From positions 1 through 20,409 of the forward strand of contig JANNWY010000048.1 in NCBI GenBank assembly GCA_031409335.1: DNA of 20,409 nucleotides. Direction: 5' to 3'. The notes below the pieces were generated by a model, which was given only the letters and a program-made list of their open reading frames with translations, made no database searches and had not been told where the DNA came from. Below, piece by piece: positions 1 through 9,228 of the stretch. This DNA is from Chthoniobacteraceae bacterium (GTDB lineage: Bacteria > Verrucomicrobiota > Verrucomicrobiia > Chthoniobacterales > Chthoniobacteraceae). The position numbers and the translations under genes were made by a program. Each line of letters begins with the position of its first letter. The first letter of the stretch is position 1.

Positions 1-140
1 AAGCGGAGCCCCCTCGGCAGAACCACCCACAAAGCAGCTCCCGTATTGACCTCAATCCCCGAATCATCCACCACTCTCACACGCCACCCCGCCATAGCTT
101 AATTGCTAGCCACTCTGGCCGGATTCCGGGGTCCACCTCA
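1..140 (+). mobile_element. Right end of a probable IS3-family insertion sequence (transposase tail ending TAA at 100-102; IRR ~116-140)
   Basis: Frame 1 reads KRSPLG...HPAIA* and is followed closely by TGGCCGGATTCCGGGGTCCACCTCA, which ends in CA like IS3-family termini. Recognisable coupling-protein sequence begins right after the CA. No transposase catalytic domain lies in the window. Confidence 0.65.
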
Positions 141-1208
141 GTTCTTGCCAATGCGTTCACGCGCGTTGCGTTCCGCGTGGGCGATGCGGATGCGCGTTCG
201 CTGGAAAATGGATTCGCCCATTTTGAAGCCCGCGATTTGCAAAACCTCGAAATCGGCGAGGCGATTTGCCGGATCGAGCGAAGCGATTTCGATTTCAATC
301 TTTCCATTCCCCATCCCGAGCCAGTGGACGAAGACGAAGCGACCAAGGTGCGTGATGAAGTGACTGCGGCGTCATGCGCGAAGTATGCGCGGGCGCGCGT
401 GGACATTGAGGAGGAGTTGCGGCGGAAGTGGCCAACCGACGAACCGCCGCCCAAACCGAAACCGGCATCGCCGGCACCGACACCGAGCGAGCCGCCTATC
501 GTTGCAGCGTCCGAGTCGACGTTAGAAACACCAACGGCTTCGGAAAAGGAATCGATTCCCGCGGTCGAGGTGGTGCCGGAGCCGGAAATGATGAGGGTCG
601 ATCCGGTTCCCGCGGTCCCGGAAAGTGTGCCGATTCCGAAGTCACCGCCCGGGCTGGGGCGTGGCGGTCCCGGACATCAACTCATCGTTGCCAATCTGGC
701 TTCCGAAGCGTCGCGCCTCGGGTTCCGCACGTTGAAGGAATGTGTGGTTCCGGGAGGACGGATCGACCTTGTCATCGAACGATCCGATCTTCGGATCGCG
801 ATCGAAGTGGCGGCTCACTCCAATACCGCGCAGGAAATCGAAAACCTGCAAAAGTGCGCCGAAGCCAATCCTAATTTTATCGTCTCCATTTCGCCCGACG
901 AAAATGTCCGCGACAACATTGGCAGAGCGGCAGCGCGAACGTTCGATGCCGAAACACAGGCAAAGATCCGCGTCGAATCGCCGGAAAGTTTTGTAATTTG
1001 GATGACGGAAGTGGCGGAGAAAAATCCCGAGATCGTCGCACCGGATTCTCCGAAGCCCCGTGTCATCGCCGGCCGGAAAGTGCGGACCCGCCACATGGAA
1101 ATGTCGGACGAAGAGCGGCAGAAGAAGGAGGCGGAAAAAATTGAGGTCATCGCCGAGCTTCTCCGCGCTCAAATTTCGAAAGACCAAGGCAGGAGCGATT
1201 TGGCTTGA
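141..1208 (+). pseudogene. 3' remnant of a VirD4/TraD-like (type IV coupling/FtsK-HerA-type) protein with Pro-rich linker and C-terminal PD-(D/E)XK-like domain
   Basis: In frame upstream of GTG 177 the sequence reads VLANAFTRVAFRVGDADARSLENGFAHFEARDLQNLEIGEAICR, resembling the post-Walker-B tail of coupling ATPases (N..T..FRVG..DA...DL.NL..G.A). Later come a Pro-rich linker and GGRIDLVIE..IAIEV. The Walker motifs are absent, presumably on the other side of the IS. Confidence 0.65.
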
Positions 1209-1233
1209 ACCATTCTTTGATCAAGTCTAAAAT
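1205..1233 (+). promoter_or_regulatory. Putative sigma70 promoter for the recombinase
   Basis: TTGAAC (1205-1210), 17 nt, TAAAAT (1228-1233), then 26 nt to ATG 1260. Confidence 0.55.
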
Positions 1234-1259
1234 GCCAACACGTTTTAACTACGATCCTT

Positions 1260-3002
1260 ATGAAGACATCTTCAAACGACGGCAAGCGGGTTGGCATTTG
1301 GATTCGCGTTTCGACCGAAGATCAAGCTCAGGGCGAAAGCCCCGCGCACCACGAATACCGCGCCCGGCGTTACGCTGAATTCAACGGCTGGACGGTGGTC
1401 GAAGTGTATGACCTCGCAGGGGTCAGCGGCAAATCGGTTTGGGAACATCCCGAGTGTCAGCGCATGCTCCGCGATTCCAAACGCGGACACATTCAGGGGC
1501 TCATTTTTTCCAAACTGGCCCGGTTGGCGCGGAACACTAAGGAACTCCTCGATTTCGCGCAGCATTTCGAGAAATACAAAGCGACCCTGGTTTCCATCGA
1601 AGAGAAGATCGACACCAGCACACCAGCAGGACTGCTCTTTTACACGATGCTCGGTGCGATCGCGCAGTGGGAGCGGGAGGAAATTACGTCCCGACTGCGA
1701 TCCTCGATCGGAGTCCGTGCCAAACTCGGAAAGCCGCTCAACGGCCTTGCTCCGTTCGGCTACAAATGGACGGACAAAAATCTCGTCCTCGTCTCGGTGG
1801 AAGCCGCGATTCGGCGCGAAGCGTTCGAGTTGTTCCTCGTCCACAAACGCAAAGGCGTGGTGGCGCGGTTGCTTCAAGAGAAGGGCTACCGCACCCGCAG
1901 CGGAAGCGAGATGACGGATGTGCATGTCGATCGGATGCTCCGGTGTTCGAGCGCCAAAGGACTTTACCGCACAAACCTCTATCGGGTGACGACAGCGGAC
2001 GGTTGGAAGCGGGAGGCGAAACCGGAAAGCGAATGGGGCTCCGTGAAATGTCCCGCCATCGTTTCCGAAGAAACATTCGATCGCGTCGCGGCGATTTTGG
2101 AAGAGCAGACCAAGCCCAAACGCAAGCCTGGCAAAAAACCCGTCCACATTTTTGCCGGGCTGCTCAAATGCGGCTGCGGCGGGAAGATGTATGTCTATAC
2201 GCGCAGCCCGAACTACACCTGCATGAAGTGCAAGAACAAGATCGCCGCCGCGGCGCTGGAGGAGATTTTCACCGGCAGTATCACGGACAATTTGGCGGAT
2301 ACCGCCCAAATCGCCGCCCATCTGGATCGATCGAAATCCAAAATCGCCGAACGCCGGGAGGAAGCAGCCGCCATCAAAGTGCAATGCGAGGCCGTCCGCG
2401 CCGAAATGAAAAAGCTCTACGACCTCTACATCGCCGGCGGAATTGGCGTGGAGCAATTCAAAGAACTGAACACCCCGCTTCACGACCGACTCGGCCAGCT
2501 CCAGGAAGAATTACCCAAACTCGAAGGCGAAACCGCCGCACTCGAAGTCAGCGAACTTTCCGTCGAAACCATCGCCCTCGAAACCCGCAGCCTCGCCGCC
2601 CTCTGGCCAACGCTCGATGCCGGGGGAAAGCAACGCCTCGCCTCCACGCTTTGTTCAGAAATCATTGTTCCCGACAAAGACCCGGATGCACCGATCGAGA
2701 TCGTCTTCACTCATTCCGCACCCCCAAAGCACGAAGCCCCGATTCATATCGGGGCTGACCCCAAGAAGAACGAAGGCGATTCCACACAGAACTGCTCCGC
2801 AGTTTCAAACCGGCTAAATTCCCAACGTCAGCTTGGGCTGGACGATCGAACGCCGTTGGCGTTCCCAGCGCATTCAGGCGATAAAGACTGTGTAAATCGT
2901 ATCAGATCGCGCCGGAAACGGGTGGCGCAGTTTACGCGGCATTCCCGGCCCTCGCGCTCTTTCACGAAAACTGGCAGCGCGCGCTGTGGCTCGGTCGCCT
3001 GA
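1260..3002 (+). CDS. Large serine recombinase/integrase (resolvase + recombinase + Zn-ribbon/coiled-coil)
   Basis: Catalytic RVSTEDQ, SGKS..HPE, RLARN, IDTSTPAG..LGAIAQWERE, APFGY, PAIVSEETF, Zn ribbon CGCGG..C..C, then coiled coil. The last ~56 aa look like read-through. Confidence 0.95.
   Translation: MKTSSNDGKRVGIWIRVSTEDQAQGESPAHHEYRARRYAEFNGWTVVEVYDLAGVSGKSVWEHPECQRMLRDSKRGHIQGLIFSKLARLARNTKELLDFAQHFEKYKATLVSIEEKIDTSTPAGLLFYTMLGAIAQWEREEITSRLRSSIGVRAKLGKPLNGLAPFGYKWTDKNLVLVSVEAAIRREAFELFLVHKRKGVVARLLQEKGYRTRSGSEMTDVHVDRMLRCSSAKGLYRTNLYRVTTADGWKREAKPESEWGSVKCPAIVSEETFDRVAAILEEQTKPKRKPGKKPVHIFAGLLKCGCGGKMYVYTRSPNYTCMKCKNKIAAAALEEIFTGSITDNLADTAQIAAHLDRSKSKIAERREEAAAIKVQCEAVRAEMKKLYDLYIAGGIGVEQFKELNTPLHDRLGQLQEELPKLEGETAALEVSELSVETIALETRSLAALWPTLDAGGKQRLASTLCSEIIVPDKDPDAPIEIVFTHSAPPKHEAPIHIGADPKKNEGDSTQNCSAVSNRLNSQRQLGLDDRTPLAFPAHSGDKDCVNRIRSRRKRVAQFTRHSRPSRSFTKTGSARCGSVA
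2832..2866. repeat. Partial REP-like palindrome
   Basis: CTTGGGCTGGACGATC followed by hairpin GAACGCC-GTT-GGCGTTC. It resembles, from recollection only, the AACGCCAACGGCGTT...CCAGCCCA repeat family of PVC/Acidobacteria genomes. Confidence 0.45.
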
Positions 3003-3247
3003 CTGGCACCGGCGTGGATGGGACCAACGATCTGGCCCTTTTCGCGGAAACCGGCGCGCGATCAAGCCGCCTGCTGCTCCGCGAAGGGATGTCACTGCTG
3101 GGCCGGAAAGTGAAAACATTCACCGCCCTGCCGACGGTGGCCGACTCACCGGACGCACGGCGCTCCGCCAATGAAGCGGGCGAAGTCGTGGCGCTTTTGG
3201 ATTTCACCGACGGGACCCAGGCCGTGGTAAAACTCACCGTGCCCTGA
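2903..3247 (+). pseudogene. 5'-truncated C-terminal fragment of a beta-rich repeat protein (DUF7453/NxxGxxAF-like)
   Basis: Protein-like frame extends upstream of GTG 3014 (QIAPETGGAVYAAFPALAL...GVDGTNDLALF...LLLREG...VKTFTAL...DFTDGTQAVVKLTVP*). It is bounded by in-frame TAA at 2882-2884 and has no credible start. Confidence 0.55.
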
Positions 3248-3259
3248 CGGGCTGCGTAC

Positions 3260-3302
3260 AAAAAAATCGGCGTCCCTCTCGCGAAGGACGCCGGAATTTT
3301 TT
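3260..3302. terminator. Bidirectional intrinsic terminator
   Basis: A-tract, CGGCGTCC / GGACGCCG stem, T-tract, located between convergent genes. Confidence 0.8.
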
Positions 3303-3313
3303 AGCGCCGCAGT

Positions 3314-4567
3314 TTATCGCAATCCCGTGTCGATGCGCAGCGTGGTGTCCGCAAACCGGCCAGCTTCCACGGTGACTTCCGCAGTCGCGGTGGAACGGCC
3401 GATGACGAGCACTGTCGGCTGTCCGACCGGCACGCCGCCGAGGGTTGCGGTCACCTTGAATCTCCCGACTGGCGTGCGCGCCTGGAAACGCCCTTCGCCA
3501 TTCGTAGCGCCACTCCAGCGGAACGGCGCGCGAGCCGGCACGGCCGGTGCGGCCACGATTTCTTCGACCGTCACCCTCGCACCCACGGCGGGTCTCTCAT
3601 TCGGTTCCCCCGGGATCGCGACCGGCGCGATCGGCCCATAGAGCACGAGTCCATTGATGCCCTGAACGACCGGCGGCGCCGGCAGGCTGATCGTCACGTC
3701 GCTGAATACTCCGGCTGCAACCGTGACCTCGACGGATTTTGTCGCTGGCGGCACGTAGTTCCCGAACGCTGCGGCAGGTGTGGTATTGAGAAGAGTGGCG
3801 GTGACACGGAAGCGTCCTTCCGGAGTTTTGACGTTGAACTTGCCCGCGTCATCCGTCCGCCCGTTCCACACAAACAGCGGACGCGTCGGCGGGGCACCGC
3901 CCGCAGCCAACTCGACCACGCTGACATAAGCGCCCGCGGCGGGAATCCCGGCTGGCAGCGGATTCGCTGCTTCCGGTGGATTCGGTTTCAGCACCAGTCC
4001 ATTGATGCCCTGCACGACGACTGGGTCCGGTGCCGGTGCGACTTCGAAGATCGTCACAGCGCCCGGCTTTTTGTCCGCATCGACCACGGCTTCGAGCGAA
4101 TAAGCGCCGGGGGCCAGCGCGGTGCCGCCGGGTTTCAACGGAATCAAAAGCGTGCGACTCCAGCGCGCGCCTTTCGCGAGTTTGGCATCGGTGATGACGG
4201 CCGGTGCGACGATCTCCGCGTCCGACTCCCACACCTGCGCGCCCGCTTTGTTGAAAATTCGGAACGTGAATTTTTTCTCCGCCTTCACCGGATCGGGAAA
4301 GCTGAAGTCGATGTCCGACGAACTGCGATTGTAGAGCGAGACACTGGCGGGAAAACTCGACCGCGCCGCGATGTCCGCCGCGGGATCGGCGTCGGCGGGG
4401 ATGACAAATTTATAGCCGCCGGTCGAAAGAACGGTGTGAAGGCCCGAACCGATCGTCGGGACGGGCGGGACTGGAACGATTTGCGCGACTGCGCGACCGC
4501 CGGTGACGGCGAGGGCGCTCACGGCGAGAGCCGCAAGCGTAGATCTGATGAGGGATGGGAGTTTCAT
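3314..4567 (-). CDS. Secreted protein: BsuPI-like Ig domain plus two carboxypeptidase-regulatory-like repeats
   Basis: Start chosen at ATG 4567 (MKLPSLIRSTLAALAVSALAVTGGRAVA, signal peptide). Contains L.N.S...F.F...F.I....G..VW.S...L.PG.Y.LEA, then two VQGINGLVL...T...G.F..TP.GRF.VTATL repeats. Confidence 0.7.
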   Translation of the reverse strand: MKLPSLIRSTLAALAVSALAVTGGRAVAQIVPVPPVPTIGSGLHTVLSTGGYKFVIPADADPAADIAARSSFPASVSLYNRSSSDIDFSFPDPVKAEKKFTFRIFNKAGAQVWESDAEIVAPAVITDAKLAKGARWSRTLLIPLKPGGTALAPGAYSLEAVVDADKKPGAVTIFEVAPAPDPVVVQGINGLVLKPNPPEAANPLPAGIPAAGAYVSVVELAAGGAPPTRPLFVWNGRTDDAGKFNVKTPEGRFRVTATLLNTTPAAAFGNYVPPATKSVEVTVAAGVFSDVTISLPAPPVVQGINGLVLYGPIAPVAIPGEPNERPAVGARVTVEEIVAAPAVPARAPFRWSGATNGEGRFQARTPVGRFKVTATLGGVPVGQPTVLVIGRSTATAEVTVEAGRFADTTLRIDTGLR

Positions 4568-4649
4568 CGTGTGTTTGGTTTTGGAGGTTCGATTGTTGCT
4601 GAAGTCGGGTGACCGCAAGAGGCGCGGCACACGTATTTCACTTTCCGAG

Positions 4650-4685
4650 TAAACGTCGCCAACAGGGCTTAGTCGCGAAAAAAAT
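4650..4685 (-). promoter_or_regulatory. Possible ECF-sigma promoter for the secreted protein
   Basis: Minus strand: T-tract, CGCGAC, 16 nt, CGTTTA. Confidence 0.3.
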
Positions 4686-4768
4686 CTCATACCGCCATGA
4701 CGCGCGGAACTCACTGACGAACGATTCGCGCTTCCTTCGATCCGATTCATCGCGCATTACTCCGCGCC

Positions 4769-5791
4769 ATGTCCCTGCTCTCCGAACCCGCGACTGATCC
4801 GCTTCCGCTTTACCGCTACCGCGATGGCATCGTCGCCGTGGACCTGCTGGGAGCGGCAGTGGCGCACTTGGATTTCTTTTCGTGGCTGGGTGAAAACCCA
4901 TCCACGCTCGGCGCGATCTGCGCGCGCTTTGAAATCCACATTCGCCCGGCGGACGTGATGCTCACGCTTTTCACCGCGATGGGTTTGGTGACGCAGGCCG
5001 GCGGCTGTTTCCACCTGACGCTGCGCGCGCGCGAGCATCTCGTCGCGGGATCGCCGTGGAATCTCGGGCCGTACTACGTGTCGATGAAGGATCGTCCGCA
5101 GACGCTCGACATGTTGAAAGTGCTGCGCACGGGGAAGCCCGCGAATTGGGGCAGCTACGACGCGCAAGCGTGGGCGCAGGCGATGGAGCGGGCGGATTTT
5201 GCGGAGCAATTCACTGCGGCGATGGATTGCCGCGGCGCGCTGCTCGGTCCCGCGCTGGCGAAAAAGGCGGACCTGTCCAATACGACGAAGGTGCTCGATG
5301 TCGCGGGCGGCTCGGGGATTTATGCGTGCGCGCTGGTGGTGCGACATCCGCATTTGCGCGCCGCGGTTTTTGAAAAACCACCGGTGGATCGCATCGCCCG
5401 CGAAGCGATCGCGAAGCAGGGCTGCACCGATCGCGTCGAAGTGATTGCGGGCGACATGTTCAAGGACGCGTGGCCGCGGGACTTCGATGCGCATTTGATC
5501 TCGAACGTGCTGCACGACTGGGATGAAGCGACCGTCCGCGCGCTCTTGAAAAAATCACACGCCGCGCTGACGCCGGGTGGCCGGTTGATCATCCACGACG
5601 CGTTCATCAACGCGGAGAAAACCGGCCCGCTGCACGTGGCGGAATATTCAGCGCTGCTGATGCAGATCACCGAGGGCAAATGCTACTCGATCGCGGAAAT
5701 GCGGACGCTGCTCGCGGGCACCGGATTTGACTGGCAGGAACATCAATCGACCGAGGTCGGCCGCGGCTTCATCGTGGCGCTCAAAGGTTAG
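4769..5791 (+). CDS. SAM-dependent O-methyltransferase (Methyltransf_2 type with N-terminal dimerisation domain)
   Basis: VLDVAGGSG, IAGDMF, SNVLHDW, PGGRLIIHD motifs. Confidence 0.9.
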   Translation: MSLLSEPATDPLPLYRYRDGIVAVDLLGAAVAHLDFFSWLGENPSTLGAICARFEIHIRPADVMLTLFTAMGLVTQAGGCFHLTLRAREHLVAGSPWNLGPYYVSMKDRPQTLDMLKVLRTGKPANWGSYDAQAWAQAMERADFAEQFTAAMDCRGALLGPALAKKADLSNTTKVLDVAGGSGIYACALVVRHPHLRAAVFEKPPVDRIAREAIAKQGCTDRVEVIAGDMFKDAWPRDFDAHLISNVLHDWDEATVRALLKKSHAALTPGGRLIIHDAFINAEKTGPLHVAEYSALLMQITEGKCYSIAEMRTLLAGTGFDWQEHQSTEVGRGFIVALKG

Positions 5792-5821
5792 CGCCTCCGG
5801 CGTGACCGCCGATTTCACAAT

Positions 5822-6688
5822 TCACAATTCGTGAAGACGGGCAGCATCACCCGGCGCATATCCAAACTGCGGATGCGCGCGCAGTCGGTCGAGATCGTCC
5901 TCGCTGATGCGTCCGCCGATTTTCCCAAATGCCAGCGGTGCTCCCCGCGTCGAGCGCGCGACTCGATCGAGCCATGCTTTCGGCAGCGAATGTTCGAGTA
6001 GATCGGGTGCGTTGGCAGCGATGGTGGTTTGATCCTTCTCGCCAGTGGCGTGGCCGCATCCGACGAAAAATCCGGCGAGGAGCAGGGTCACGCGGACGGC
6101 GGTCGAGCGCGTGTAGTTGGTGAGCAGGCAGGGGCGCGTGGGATCGAGGCGGGCGTGCAGCCGCGTGAAATGCGGGAGCGTCCACATGTCGGCGTTGGTC
6201 GCGGGAGAATACGGATCGTAAAGGATGGCGTGGGGCGACGGAATCTCCGCGCGGTGCATGACCTCGCCAAAATCGCCGGAATGAAAATGCCACTCAACCT
6301 TGCCGACGCGCGCACGTCCCTTTGACAGCAGGGCTTCAATCGCGATCCGGTAAGGGATGAGGTATTCGAGGTCGGCGGCGTGCTGAAGGGCGAATGCGAG
6401 CGGCGCGGAGGTACGATCGAAACTGTGGATTTCGATCGGTCGATCGGCGCATGTTTCCAGCACCGCCACTGCATTTGCCGCTGCGCCCAGTCCCACATCC
6501 CACACGATGAAAACTTCCTGCGTCACCTTCACGCGCTCGACGAGCTGTGGTCCGCGCACGTGCAGCGCGCGCGCCTCGGCCATCGGGCCGATCACCGGAT
6601 GAAACGTTTCGCCAAACGTCCGGGACCGCACACTCCGGTCGCCGGATTGCACGGTGACGATCTGAAATTCCTCCGACGTGATGGACAT
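5822..6688 (-). CDS. MnmC/MnmD-family methyltransferase (stand-alone)
   Basis: GETFHPVIGPMAEA, WDVGLGAAANA, ILYDPYSPATNADMW, LLLAGFFVG. Start chosen at ATG 6688. Confidence 0.75.
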   Translation of the reverse strand: MSITSEEFQIVTVQSGDRSVRSRTFGETFHPVIGPMAEARALHVRGPQLVERVKVTQEVFIVWDVGLGAAANAVAVLETCADRPIEIHSFDRTSAPLAFALQHAADLEYLIPYRIAIEALLSKGRARVGKVEWHFHSGDFGEVMHRAEIPSPHAILYDPYSPATNADMWTLPHFTRLHARLDPTRPCLLTNYTRSTAVRVTLLLAGFFVGCGHATGEKDQTTIAANAPDLLEHSLPKAWLDRVARSTRGAPLAFGKIGGRISEDDLDRLRAHPQFGYAPGDAARLHEL

Positions 6689-6770
6689 CCGCGGACAGTA
6701 ACTTCGCATCGGAGAAATCCGCAACGCCATGCACCGGCGTATGGTCTCTAAACCCACACAATTCTTGAAC

Positions 6771-7390
6771 ATGACTGAAACTCAAAGTCTGGGCGTTCCG
6801 CGCATCGCGCCAGTCATGGTGCTGCCAAATACGCTGCTTTTTCCCGGAGCGCATATGCCACTTTTTATTTTCGAGCAGCGCTACCGGGCGATGCTCGGGT
6901 GGGCCTTGGAAAACGATCGCATGTTTTGCCTGGCGCTGATTCGCGAAGGGCGCGGCGACTGGACCTCGCCGGACGATTTTCATCACATCGCGGGGCTCGG
7001 CCTCGTGCGTGCGAGCGTCGTCCACGAGGATGCCACTTCACATCTTGTTTTGCAGGGCGTCGCGCGCGTGGAGTTCACAGGATTTTCCCAGACCGAGCCG
7101 TTTGTCATCGCGGAGCTTCGTGAAATACCGACCGCGATCTCGTCGCCCGACGAGGCCGTCGCTTTGAATGCCAGCGTTGCGAAACATTGCGCGGTATTGC
7201 GCAAACGTGGGTTCGAGATTCCCGAGGAGCTCGACCGGCAGTTCGCAGCGGCTGCCGATGCCGGCGCGCTGTCCGATCTGGTGGCGAATACGATCCTTCG
7301 CAACCCATACCGGCGTCAGCGTGTATTCGAAATCGCGGATGCCGCGGCACGGGCTCGCGCGCTGATCAAACACCTGCGCGACGAAATCGC

Positions 7391-7394
<4 letters not shown>
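6771..7394 (+). CDS. LON peptidase substrate-binding (N-terminal) domain protein
   Basis: PVMVLPNTLLFPGAHMPLFIFEQRYRAM and LQGVARV; no AAA+ or protease domain. Confidence 0.9.
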
Positions 7395-9166
<1,772 letters not shown>

Positions 9167-9228
9167 GGTGGAAAGGAGACGAATACCGCATCAGCGCGGA
9201 CGCATCCGGCGCTCCCGCGATGCCGCGC

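Noticed and set aside
1272..2758. 403-aa antisense and 363-aa alternative-frame ORFs within the recombinase
   Set aside because: Typical shadow ORFs; no evidence for an overlapping directionality factor.
2777..2899. 6S RNA, tmRNA or tRNA as the integration target
   Set aside because: No tRNA-like T-arm/CCA end and no convincing 6S central bubble; a REP-like explanation fits better.
2882..2900. AGACTGTGTAAA resembling an IS terminal repeat
   Set aside because: Too short, with no transposase or correctly oriented partner end.
2993..3030. ZTP riboswitch-like GTCGCCTGACTGGC
   Set aside because: The remaining motif elements are missing and it lies within a protein-like frame.
4568..4750. Upstream extensions of ORF-track starts (also 6772, 10080, 11496, 13650, 14526)
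   Set aside because: The extensions overlap neighbouring genes or precede clear signal peptides/TM starts; downstream ATGs were chosen.
5814..5830. TTCACAA tandem duplication at the end of the MnmC-like gene
   Set aside because: Only ~2.4 copies; probably a slippage event.
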